From the NCBI GenBank assembly GCA_025458985.1, contig JALORM010000001.1:1-42821 (forward strand): 42,821 nt of DNA. The letters run 5' to 3'. Numbering within the stretch: position 1 is the first letter of the stretch; every line of letters starts with the position of its first letter. The notes below the pieces were generated by a model. That model worked only from the letters and a program-made list of their open reading frames with translations. It did not search any database and had not been told where the DNA came from. This stretch comes from Paracoccaceae bacterium (GTDB taxonomy: Bacteria; Pseudomonadota; Alphaproteobacteria; Rhodobacterales; Rhodobacteraceae). Below are positions 34,285 through 41,364 of the stretch, piece by piece. The position numbers and the translations under genes are program-made.

Positions 34285-34914
34285 TTACCGCATTACGCCC
34301 ACATCCTTGGTTGCATCGACTTCCATCGCGCGGCGCACCCACTCGACCGTCCAGTAGCGACCCTCGCAGTGCCGGTCGAGCCATGCCGCCAGCCGCCGCA
34401 ACAGGTCCTGATCGGAAGCCATGCCCCGGCTGCCGCCGGCCTTGACGACACGATCGGCCAGGTCGGACAGCCGCTTTTCGGCCGCCCTCTCGCCGCGCCG
34501 CATCTCGCGCCGAGCGCGCGAATCCATCGCTTCCTCGATCTTGCCCAGCACCTTGGGGTGCATCAGCCGGATCTCGCCATCCGAGGCGCGGCAGCGTTCC
34601 CATTTGAACAACGGCCCGAACTCGGCCCCGCGCAACTCGCGCCAGCGCTCGACCGACATGCCGGTCAGCTTGGCCAGCTGTTCGTCATCGTCCGGCAGCG
34701 TGCCGATCGGGTCCTGGTTCTGCGCGTGGCACCAGAGGTCCAGCGCCACGGCCCGCGACATCGCATCTGCGCGCAGCCGGAACCTGCTGTTCAGATAGGC
34801 GTTGAACTCGAACCCCAGATAGTAGTGCCCGGCCAGCCGCAGCCCCTTCGGCAGCGGATAGTCCGGCAGGTCGTCGGCATCGCCGATCAGCGTGAGGGAA
34901 GGCCGGCGGGTCAT
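34285..34914 (-). CDS. DUF1376 (YdaU)-like replication-associated protein
   Basis: Internal ATG at 34914 (TGATG junction). The pattern YYLGFEFNAYLNS...ALDLWCHAQNQDPIGTLPDDDEQLAKLTGMS matches the recalled family pattern. Confidence 0.55.
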   Translation of the reverse strand: MTRRPSLTLIGDADDLPDYPLPKGLRLAGHYYLGFEFNAYLNSRFRLRADAMSRAVALDLWCHAQNQDPIGTLPDDDEQLAKLTGMSVERWRELRGAEFGPLFKWERCRASDGEIRLMHPKVLGKIEEAMDSRARREMRRGERAAEKRLSDLADRVVKAGGSRGMASDQDLLRRLAAWLDRHCEGRYWTVEWVRRAMEVDATKDVGVMR

Positions 34915-35267
34915 CAGAGCCCCAGCGCGGCCTTGTACATCTCGACCACCGACTCGAATTCGGCGTGCGCGGCGCGGTCTGCGTCGATCCACTTGACCAC
35001 GTATTTCAGCGCCTTGGTGTCGTAGCCGCGCGACTTCGCCTCGGCGACCACGACCTTCAGGTCGTCCGCGATCTCGGACTTGCTCTGGTTCAGCCGGCGT
35101 ATCTTGTCGACGTACTGGCGCAGCTCGACCGCCGCGACGCCATAGGCCTTGTCGGCGGCGCCGTCGAAGTCAGGATCGGCCTTCATCCGCTTGCCAGGCC
35201 GGTCACCCTCGACCGCGGCCCGCAGCATCGCGCCATCGACCCTTCCGGCGTCCTTCGGCATCGTCAT
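34914..35267 (-). CDS. gapR: GapR-family (DUF2312) DNA-binding protein
   Basis: LRQYVDKIRRLNQSKSEIADDLKVVVAEAKSRGYDTKALKYVVKW...EMYKAALGL closely follows the GapR/UPF0335 consensus. Confidence 0.8.
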   Translation of the reverse strand: MTMPKDAGRVDGAMLRAAVEGDRPGKRMKADPDFDGAADKAYGVAAVELRQYVDKIRRLNQSKSEIADDLKVVVAEAKSRGYDTKALKYVVKWIDADRAAHAEFESVVEMYKAALGL

Positions 35268-35515
35268 CCCCTTTCGCAGAACCAGTCCAGGCGCCCGCCC
35301 TCACCGAAGCTCGGGAGGTACGCGCGGCGCCGCTTTGCCCAGACCTCTGGCGTAACCGCGACGCCGGCCGCGATCAGGTGGCGCTCGACCTCGATCGCCG
35401 AGGCCTGCGCCGTCGGCTGCGCGTCGAATTCCTCGCCCCGCTCGACCAGCGGCGCCCCGGCATCGCGCGGCCCCTGGCGCCCATAGCGGAACGAATAGGT
35501 TGCGATGAGGGTCAT
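35264..35515 (-). CDS. hypothetical protein (83 aa)
   Basis: Internal ATG at 35515, with ATGA overlaps on both sides. Confidence 0.55.
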   Translation of the reverse strand: MTLIATYSFRYGRQGPRDAGAPLVERGEEFDAQPTAQASAIEVERHLIAAGVAVTPEVWAKRRRAYLPSFGEGGRLDWFCERG

Positions 35516-36249
35516 TGCGGCACCGCCTCGAAAAGGTCGCCCTGCCTCGCGTCGGAACGGTTCATCCATCGGAAATCGGGCGCCGGCAGCAACCCGTCGG
35601 TGCCGCGCGGGTCGCGGCGGTCCCAAACGAACCAGGCATTGCGCTGCGGCGGGCTGCCCGCGCCGGTGAAATCCAACTTCCACCGCAGAAGGTAGCACCA
35701 GCTGAATGGCTCCGCGTCGAGCATCGCGCCGAGGCCGTTCGCCACCGCCGCAGGCCAGTCCCAAGACAGCAGCAGCGCGCAGTATTCCCACCCCGGCATA
35801 TTCAGGGTGTGCCGCAACCACCTGCCGCGCCCGTCTCTGGCGTTGATTTCGCAAAACGGCGGGTTCGTGACAATCGCCCGGGCGGGCGCCGCAGCGTACT
35901 CGTAGTAGCTCCGGACCTCGACTCCAGGCCAACCCCGATCGACCACGTCCGACCCCACGCATGGCAGCCCCATCGCCACGATCTCGCGGGCCAAGGCTCC
36001 GTCCCCAACCGCCGGTTCCCACACCGCGCCGCACTCCGCGATCCGCGCGCCGTCGCGCGCGAACAGAGCGCGGATCGCCTCAGGCTGCGCTGTCGGGTAG
36101 AAGTCGAGGGCGCGGCGCGCCGTGTCGCCGTCAGCAGAACGTGGCGCGGCTGCAGGCGGGGCATCGAGACCAGCCAAGCCGACCGGCTGCGCCGGCAGGG
36201 CAGGTCCGCTGATCGCACGGAACAGCGGCTTTGCGGACGGCGCGCTCAT
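35512..36249 (-). CDS. N6-adenine DNA methyltransferase (EPAVGDG ... TNPPF)
   Basis: A SAM-binding motif I-like EPAVGDGALA is followed by the catalytic NPPF. Confidence 0.75.
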   Translation of the reverse strand: MSAPSAKPLFRAISGPALPAQPVGLAGLDAPPAAAPRSADGDTARRALDFYPTAQPEAIRALFARDGARIAECGAVWEPAVGDGALAREIVAMGLPCVGSDVVDRGWPGVEVRSYYEYAAAPARAIVTNPPFCEINARDGRGRWLRHTLNMPGWEYCALLLSWDWPAAVANGLGAMLDAEPFSWCYLLRWKLDFTGAGSPPQRNAWFVWDRRDPRGTDGLLPAPDFRWMNRSDARQGDLFEAVPQ

Positions 36250-36617
36250 GCGCGCACCCTCGCCCGGGCGCCCAGCGCTGCCATAAGCGTCTCGCCCTCG
36301 CGGCGCAGGAACGCCCGGTCGCGCGGGCCGGCGATCTGCTGCCAGCGGCGCAGGACATGACCTCGCGGGATACCGATCGCCACCGCGGCCTCTGTCACGC
36401 TGCCCAGCGACATCCAGGCTTGGAACAGCGCGGCATCCTCAGCCGGCGACCAGTCGCGCCGCGCGGCGCGCCAGAACGTGAACCGCGGCAGCGCGGCCAC
36501 AAGCGCCAGCGCCGGCGCATCGACGACCGGGTCGAGCCCGGCGGCAATCGCCAGGCGCAGAACCGCGGCGCGCGGCACGCCGCTATTCCGGCAGAATGCC
36601 GCCCCGACGGAATTCAT
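36246..36617 (-). CDS. hypothetical protein with a Myb/SANT-like WSPAEDAALFQAW segment
   Basis: Internal ATG at 36617 (ATGA overlap). Confidence 0.55.
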   Translation of the reverse strand: MNSVGAAFCRNSGVPRAAVLRLAIAAGLDPVVDAPALALVAALPRFTFWRAARRDWSPAEDAALFQAWMSLGSVTEAAVAIGIPRGHVLRRWQQIAGPRDRAFLRREGETLMAALGARARVRA

Positions 36618-37096
36618 GGCGCCGCCTCCGCGTAGAGATACACGGGCTTGTTGCGGCCCAGGGCCGTCTTGACTTCGTGCAGCACGCCCGCACTGTCGGC
36701 CCAGCCCGGCAGGTCGGGCACGACGACGGCCTCCGACGCCGCCAGAACCGGCGCACACCAGCGCGTCCAGAACTCCGCGTCCAGCGGGTCCAGAGGCCGG
36801 GCGCCGTGGCGCGGGCGGTGCAGCGCAACCATGCCTGCGGCCTGAACGATCGGCGAAATCGCGGTCACGCCCAGCTGGGCCAGGCGCCGCGCCTCCCATG
36901 CCGCCTCGAACATAAGCGACAGGTTCAGGTCGGGGTCGTAGGCGCCGGCCACATCGACCACGCGGCGGGTGTAGGGCGTCGCCAGATAGACCTGGCCGCC
37001 GACCCGGCGGGCTACGTGCCCGGGGTCCGCGCCCAGGATCAGGTGCGACGGGCGCAGGGCCAGCAGTTTCCCCCAGTCGGAACGGATGCCGCCCAT
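36614..37096 (-). CDS. DUF1937-like (nucleoside deoxyribosyltransferase-fold) protein
   Basis: VYLATPYTRR...GVTAISPIVQ...EFWTRWCAPVL...GWADSAGVLHE matches the pattern recalled from this family. Confidence 0.5.
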   Translation of the reverse strand: MGGIRSDWGKLLALRPSHLILGADPGHVARRVGGQVYLATPYTRRVVDVAGAYDPDLNLSLMFEAAWEARRLAQLGVTAISPIVQAAGMVALHRPRHGARPLDPLDAEFWTRWCAPVLAASEAVVVPDLPGWADSAGVLHEVKTALGRNKPVYLYAEAAP

Positions 37097-38076
37097 CAGC
37101 CCGCCCTCAGCCGATGCCAGCGCTGCTGCACGCGCGGGAACGGCTGGCCCAGCAGTTCGGCCACGCTGCGCAGCCCGGCGTAGCTGCCGGCCGATTTCAG
37201 CACCAGCGCGTCGCGCTCGGCCGTCCAGAACGGGTGCGCGGGCCCTGCCTCCGGCGCGGCGGCCTCGCCCTGCGCGGCGCCCGCACCCGGCCGGCCGCGC
37301 AGAACGCTGCCCCGCCCGGCCCGGAGCTCCCGAAGGATCGCCTCACGCTGCCGAACCGGAATCCGCTCGATCCTGTTCCTGACCGACTCGTGGTGAACGC
37401 CCAATTGGCCCCCGATCGCACGCAGCGACAGGCCGGAATCCAGCAACCGCAGGATCTCGCGATCCGACACGTCGCAGAGCTTGCCCGGGCGCGCCAGCGT
37501 GACCTCGTGCCGCCGGACGGCCTGGCTGACCGAGGCGGGCGAGACGCACCGCTCGCGCGCCAGATCGGCCTGCGTCAGCCCCCGCGCCGCGGCGTCCAAC
37601 AGAACCTCGCGCGTCAGGCCGCCGCGCACCGCCAGGCGCATCTTGACAGAGTTCAGCGTCAGGCCGACGCGCCGGGCAATCTCGGCGTTCGGAACCCCCT
37701 CGGCGGCCAGTCGCAGGACCTCGGAGGTCTTCGCGCCGGCCGGCTCGGCGGCGGGGCGGCGCAAGCCCAGTTCGCGCCGCAGTCGCCCCACCGACTGCCG
37801 CGCCACGCCCTGATCGGCCGCAATCGCAACGTCGCTGGCACCCGCCTCGAACAACGCGCGCACGCGGTCCACGTCCATCGGGTCACGGCCGCCGCGCCGA
37901 CGCGCCAGCGTCACGCCAAACCGCACCTCGGCGTCGCGCACCGTCTGCACGTGCACCCCCCAGCCCCGGGCGGCGTCCGACAGGCTGCGTCCGGCCGCGG
38001 CGGCCTCGCGCAGCATCGCGCCGGTGACCCTCAGGTTGCGGGCCGCGCTGATGCCCGTCTCTGCGTCAAAGCTCAT
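37096..38076 (-). CDS. DNA-binding protein built from five or six tandem helix-turn-helix modules
   Basis: Internal ATG at 38076. Segments of about 35-40 aa recur, of the type xxEVLRLAAEGVPNAEIARRVGLTLNSVKMRL. Confidence 0.6.
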   Translation of the reverse strand: MSFDAETGISAARNLRVTGAMLREAAAAGRSLSDAARGWGVHVQTVRDAEVRFGVTLARRRGGRDPMDVDRVRALFEAGASDVAIAADQGVARQSVGRLRRELGLRRPAAEPAGAKTSEVLRLAAEGVPNAEIARRVGLTLNSVKMRLAVRGGLTREVLLDAAARGLTQADLARERCVSPASVSQAVRRHEVTLARPGKLCDVSDREILRLLDSGLSLRAIGGQLGVHHESVRNRIERIPVRQREAILRELRAGRGSVLRGRPGAGAAQGEAAAPEAGPAHPFWTAERDALVLKSAGSYAGLRSVAELLGQPFPRVQQRWHRLRAG

Positions 38077-38699
38077 GCCATGACCCCACGAAAACCCCGC
38101 CCGGGCGCCATGCGCGACCCGGGCGGGCAGTCCAACAGGGAGGATGTGCCGGGCATCCCGTGCGGGCGCGGCCCGGCGTCGCGCTGCCAGACCGGCCGGG
38201 AGGAGGTGGCCGATCCCCGCAGGGCATTCCGAAAGCCGCCCGTCCGCGCCACAGGCAGCGGACGGGCGAAGGTGCGGCGGCGCAGGACAGGACGCGCCGC
38301 CGAGGCAGAACCGATACCCTGCGGGGCGGCCCCCGCTCTCGCCCGGGCAGGGCGCAGGTTCCGGGCCTTTCGGGCGTTCCCATGGCAAGCGCCACCGGCG
38401 GCTCCCGACGTCAGGCCCGGCTTGGTTGCGGACAGGTCCTGCGCCCCGCCCGAGGTATAGCCGCCGGTCAACTCGTTGCGGCGGGCGGCGCGCTGCGCGC
38501 TGCCGCCCGCCGGGTGGCGCCGCCTGACCGCGCCACCGACCCGCAGCAGGCTCCGGCCCGATGCTGCGGGTATGGAATTCCCGAATTGAAACGATCCGCC
38601 GCCCAGCGCACCTTTGTCGCCAGGCAAGCCACATTCGCAGCGGTCCACCGGCAGAAGACCGGGGCAGCGAGGGACAAGCGATGCGCCACAACCGATCAC
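38073..38699 (-). CDS. Gly/Arg/Ala-rich hypothetical protein
   Basis: Only this frame shows the high GC3 expected of coding sequence: 17/20 and 19/20 G or C in two hand-checked 60-nt samples. It has GTGA and ATGA overlaps with both neighbours. Confidence 0.4.
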   Translation of the reverse strand: MIGCGASLVPRCPGLLPVDRCECGLPGDKGALGGGSFQFGNSIPAASGRSLLRVGGAVRRRHPAGGSAQRAARRNELTGGYTSGGAQDLSATKPGLTSGAAGGACHGNARKARNLRPARARAGAAPQGIGSASAARPVLRRRTFARPLPVARTGGFRNALRGSATSSRPVWQRDAGPRPHGMPGTSSLLDCPPGSRMAPGRGFRGVMA

Positions 38700-38971
38700 G
38701 CTGCGTCACCCTCGGCGGGCACCACGGTTTCATCCCCGACCAACGCCGGATCCGAGGGCGCAGGCGAAACGAATGCGAACAGTTCCCGCGGGCAACTCGC
38801 GCCCTTTGCAGCGCAAAGATCGGCAATCACAGCGTACCACTTCGCCGGAAAGCGACCCGCGACTGCGGCATTGGAGATCGCTGTCTTGCGCACACCGAGA
38901 GCTGCGGCCATCTCGCCGCGACCCAGGAGGTCGCAGATGCCCGACGCGGTTACTAGGGTTTCCGTGCTCAT
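38696..38971 (-). CDS. Cro-like / YdaS-type HTH protein, first gene of the leftward early operon
   Basis: LLGRGEMAAALGVRKTAISNAAVAGRFPAKW is HTH-like. It is divergent from the repressor, and its ATG lies 8 nt after the promoter -10. Confidence 0.65.
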   Translation of the reverse strand: MSTETLVTASGICDLLGRGEMAAALGVRKTAISNAAVAGRFPAKWYAVIADLCAAKGASCPRELFAFVSPAPSDPALVGDETVVPAEGDAA

Positions 38972-38979
38972 AGACGGAA

Positions 38980-39008
38980 GTCATAGTCCACGATTTGTGG
39001 ACTTGCAA
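38980..39008 (-). promoter_or_regulatory. leftward early promoter with a 19-bp palindromic operator filling the spacer
   Basis: The minus strand reads TTGCAA-GTCCACAAATCGTGGAC-TATGAC. The operator AGTCCAC-N5-GTGGACT spans 38985..39003. Confidence 0.65.
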
Positions 39009-39042
39009 GGTCCATGTGATAGGCAACCACGAAAAATGGACC
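39009..39042. promoter_or_regulatory. inverted repeat GGTCCAT-N20-ATGGACC with operator-like half-sites, spanning the repressor start
   Basis: Read directly from the sequence. The half-sites resemble GTCCA/TGGAC of the main operator. Confidence 0.35.
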
Positions 39043-39392
39043 TGCGCTATAACGCGGGCATGGACATCGACGCTCGCCACCACCTGGCTAGAACCGGCGA
39101 TATCAGCCTCAAGGCTTGCGCGATCCGCCTTAGCGCTGCGCGCATCGTGGCGGGGGCGTCGCAGAAGGACATAGCGGCGGCCGTCGGCATCAGGAAGACC
39201 GCATACTCCAACATGGAGGTCGGACGGTCTTTCCCGTCACGCGACGTGATGCGCTGGTTCTACAGGCTGCATCGGATTGACTTCAACTTCCTCATTCACG
39301 GGGACTTCGCGCAACTCCCTGGCGACGTTCAAGAGCGGCTTTTCTCTGCGCTCGCAGCCGCAAGCAGTGAATGGGATCGAAGACAAGGTTAA
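39036..39392 (+). CDS. CI-like XRE-family repressor
   Basis: ASQKDIAAAVGIRKTAYSNMEVGRSFPS is an XRE-type HTH. It is divergent from the Cro-like gene. An alternative ATG lies at 39060. No clear SD is present, so the mRNA may be leaderless. Confidence 0.8.
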   Translation: MDLRYNAGMDIDARHHLARTGDISLKACAIRLSAARIVAGASQKDIAAAVGIRKTAYSNMEVGRSFPSRDVMRWFYRLHRIDFNFLIHGDFAQLPGDVQERLFSALAAASSEWDRRQG

Positions 39393-39403
39393 GGTCAACG
39401 CCA

Positions 39404-39423
39404 GCGCGACGCAAAAGTCGCGC
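39404..39423 (+). terminator. 7-bp hairpin GCGCGAC-GCAAAA-GTCGCGC after the repressor, without a U-tract
   Basis: Read directly from the sequence. Confidence 0.3.
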
Positions 39424-39501
39424 GATCTGAAACATGAGGCGACGCATCCGTGACTCCCGTTACGACTCCCCATCCAGCACCACAAGAATAAGGAGAAGTC
39501 G

Positions 39502-39855
39502 ATGTGTGACAACAACCTTGTGGTATCCCGCGAAGACCGAAGGCGGCTTCGACGCCGGCGCATCGCGGCGACAGTTTTCACTTTGACTTGCATAGCGTCC
39601 TGCGACTCGTTCGAGACCGAGCCCAGTCAGACTGTCCGACTCGACGGCTACCTTGTGTCAGTCGAGAAGGTTGCAGGGAGGAACTCCTACTTCGCCCGCC
39701 ACCTCTCAGGCCAAGGCGTTGGGTCCACGGATGCGGCGGCGAGCGCCCGTCACATTCGCGCGATCGAACAGGTTGCGGGTTGCCCCGCAGATCCTCTATC
39801 GATCAGTCACAATCCCTACGGCTACAGCACGGCCGCCGTGAACTGCCCGGCCTGA
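39502..39855 (+). CDS. lipoprotein co-located with the repressor (superinfection-exclusion candidate)
   Basis: AGGAG lies 6 nt before the ATG. The signal sequence has a canonical lipobox (TLTCIASC, i.e. I-A-S-C). Confidence 0.7.
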   Translation: MCDNNLVVSREDRRRLRRRRIAATVFTLTCIASCDSFETEPSQTVRLDGYLVSVEKVAGRNSYFARHLSGQGVGSTDAAASARHIRAIEQVAGCPADPLSISHNPYGYSTAAVNCPA

Positions 39856-39881
39856 CCGCCGACATACCTGCCTTTTGACGC

Positions 39882-39911
39882 GGACCGCCATTGTGGCGGT
39901 CCATTTTTTTT
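39882..39911 (+). terminator. rho-independent terminator
   Basis: GGACCGCCA-TTG-TGGCGGTCC is followed by ATTTTTTTT. Confidence 0.85.
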
Positions 39912-39923
39912 GGACCACACCGC

Positions 39924-39952
39924 TTGACAGTCCACTTTTTGTGGACTATTGG
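39924..39952 (+). promoter_or_regulatory. rightward early promoter with the same 19-bp operator in the 17-nt spacer
   Basis: TTGACA-GTCCACTTTTTGTGGAC-TATTGG. The operator AGTCCAC-N5-GTGGACT spans 39929..39947. Confidence 0.7.
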
Positions 39953-39977
39953 TGCTTCATCGACGCAACCCCGATGG

Positions 39978-40361
39978 ATGACGCCAATGCCTCTTTCCCT
40001 CTACCATCGCACCCTGATCCGCATCTTCGGCCTTGATCGCGTCCCGGCGGCGCTGCGCGAGGAACACGAAGCGAACGAGCGGCGGGAACGCTTCGCACAG
40101 CGCCTTTCGGCACTTGCCGCGGCACGCCTGTCTCGCGACGCCGAGGAACAGCAGCATCGGGAAACGTTGGCCGGCCTGCGGGCCCAGATTGCCGACGCCC
40201 TCGGCGCCGCCCCGGTGATCTCGGGCCTGCGCTGGGTCGAGGATCTGATCGGCCCGCGGATTGCCGAGGAACCCGATGCCGTCCTGGCGTTCTGCGCCAA
40301 GCTTGAGCGCGCCGCCATGACCATCAAGGCCGAGCGTGCGGTGCGGGAGGGCCGGCAATGA
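39978..40361 (+). CDS. hypothetical helical protein, first gene of the rightward early operon
   Basis: Uses the in-frame ATG at 39978 (or 39987) downstream of the promoter. The upstream part of ORF 39891.. spans the terminator. Confidence 0.6.
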   Translation: MTPMPLSLYHRTLIRIFGLDRVPAALREEHEANERRERFAQRLSALAAARLSRDAEEQQHRETLAGLRAQIADALGAAPVISGLRWVEDLIGPRIAEEPDAVLAFCAKLERAAMTIKAERAVREGRQ

Positions 40362-40543
40362 CCCGCCCCGACGATCCGCCGCCCGGCCGCACCTACCACC
40401 AGTTCCCGCCGCTGCGCCCGCAGGACGAGATCGACAGGGGCCGGCGGCTCGACTTCCGGCTGCCCTGGCTTCTGACGGTCGGCGCCGGCTTCGCCGTCAC
40501 GCTCGCCCTCGCCGCGAGCTGCGCACTCCAAGGACCCTTCTGA
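40358..40543 (+). CDS. small protein with a C-terminal TM segment
   Basis: ATGA overlap upstream. The TM segment is LPWLLTVGAGFAVTLALAASCAL. Confidence 0.5.
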   Translation: MTRPDDPPPGRTYHQFPPLRPQDEIDRGRRLDFRLPWLLTVGAGFAVTLALAASCALQGPF

Positions 40544-40601
40544 CCACCGGGCGGGGGCGCCCACCACTCAACCCACCAACCAAACCCAAGGAGACTGAGA
40601 C
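40541..40601 (+). repeat. conserved cassette leader, copy 1
   Basis: TGACC..GGGCGGGGGCGCCCACCA...AGGAGACTGAGA-ATG. It shares an 18-nt core and the RBS block with copies 2 and 3. Confidence 0.8.
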
Positions 40602-40907
40602 ATGAAGACCCTGACGACTCTTGCCGCCCTGCTGATGGCCACGACCTCAGCGTTCGCCGCGGGCGACGCCACCGAGACGGTCCTGCTGCGCGACTGCCCG
40701 CTTACGCAGATCGACGGCAGCAACGCCTTCTTCCGGAGCGATGTGACCCTGCCGCAGTGCCAGTTCCTGAATGCGCACGCTGGCAACGGCCCGCGCCCGG
40801 TCGCCGAAGAGCCGGAGGATGAGGATGAGGGCGACGAAGAGGGCGGCGAGGAAGAAGACCACGGCGACGAGCCGCCGCCCTCGTGCAAGACCGCTCGCGG
40901 CTGCTGA
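40602..40907 (+). CDS. secreted protein (101 aa) with a signal peptide, a Cys-x20-Cys loop and a poly-acidic tail; paralogue A
   Basis: Signal peptide MKTLTTLAALLMATTSAFAAG; tail EEPEDEDEGDEEGGEEEDHGDE. Confidence 0.65.
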   Translation: MKTLTTLAALLMATTSAFAAGDATETVLLRDCPLTQIDGSNAFFRSDVTLPQCQFLNAHAGNGPRPVAEEPEDEDEGDEEGGEEEDHGDEPPPSCKTARGC

Positions 40908-40919
40908 GCCGCGGGGCAG

Positions 40920-40960
40920 GCATCGCGAGGCGCAAGGTGGAGGCCCCAAGCTCGCGATGC
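40920..40960 (+). other. perfect 10-bp inverted repeat GCATCGCGAG-N21-CTCGCGATGC
   Basis: Read directly from the sequence, in the 172-nt gap after paralogue A. Confidence 0.6.
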
Positions 40961-40987
40961 ACTGACGTTCCGGTGCCCGGCCCTGCG
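40960..40987 (+). repeat. 28-nt cassette trailer, copy 1
   Basis: CACTGACGTTCCGGTGCCCGGCCCTGCG matches 42720..42747 at 27 of 28 positions. Confidence 0.85.
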
Positions 40988-41079
40988 CCCTCATTATCGG
41001 CGCCGCTATGGGCTGACTGATGGGCGCCGTCCTGCTCGCCGCTCTGATTTTCTGACGATTCACAAAGGAGACTGACACC

Positions 41080-41364
41080 ATGATTGGCAAGAAATGTATC
41101 GTTCGCTGCTACGCGAGCGGGGTCCATTACGGGACGGTGACGGCGCACGACGGGCGCCAAGTCACGCTGGCGGACAGCCGTCGCCTGTGGCGCTGGCACA
41201 CTGGTGGCACGGACAGGGGCGTGAGCCTGAGCGCCGTGGCGCTGACCGGCATCGACGCGAAGCGCAGCGTGATCGAACCCGTCCTCCCTGAGATCGTCCT
41301 GCTGGACGCGCTTGAGATCATACCGGCTTCGGCTGCCGCAATTTCCAGCATCGAGGTCGCGTGA
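41080..41364 (+). CDS. conserved small phage protein (94 aa)
   Basis: AGGAGACTGACA lies 2 nt before the ATG. The pattern IVRCYASGVHYGTV...RRLWRWHTGG...SLSAVALTG is recalled as a recurrent phage family of unknown function. Confidence 0.65.
   Translation: MIGKKCIVRCYASGVHYGTVTAHDGRQVTLADSRRLWRWHTGGTDRGVSLSAVALTGIDAKRSVIEPVLPEIVLLDALEIIPASAAAISSIEVA

Noticed and set aside
38160-39392. A 410-aa ORF that would extend the repressor far upstream.
   Set aside because: The extension runs antisense through the Cro-like gene and across the divergent promoter and operator. Only the last 110-118 codons have HTH-repressor character.
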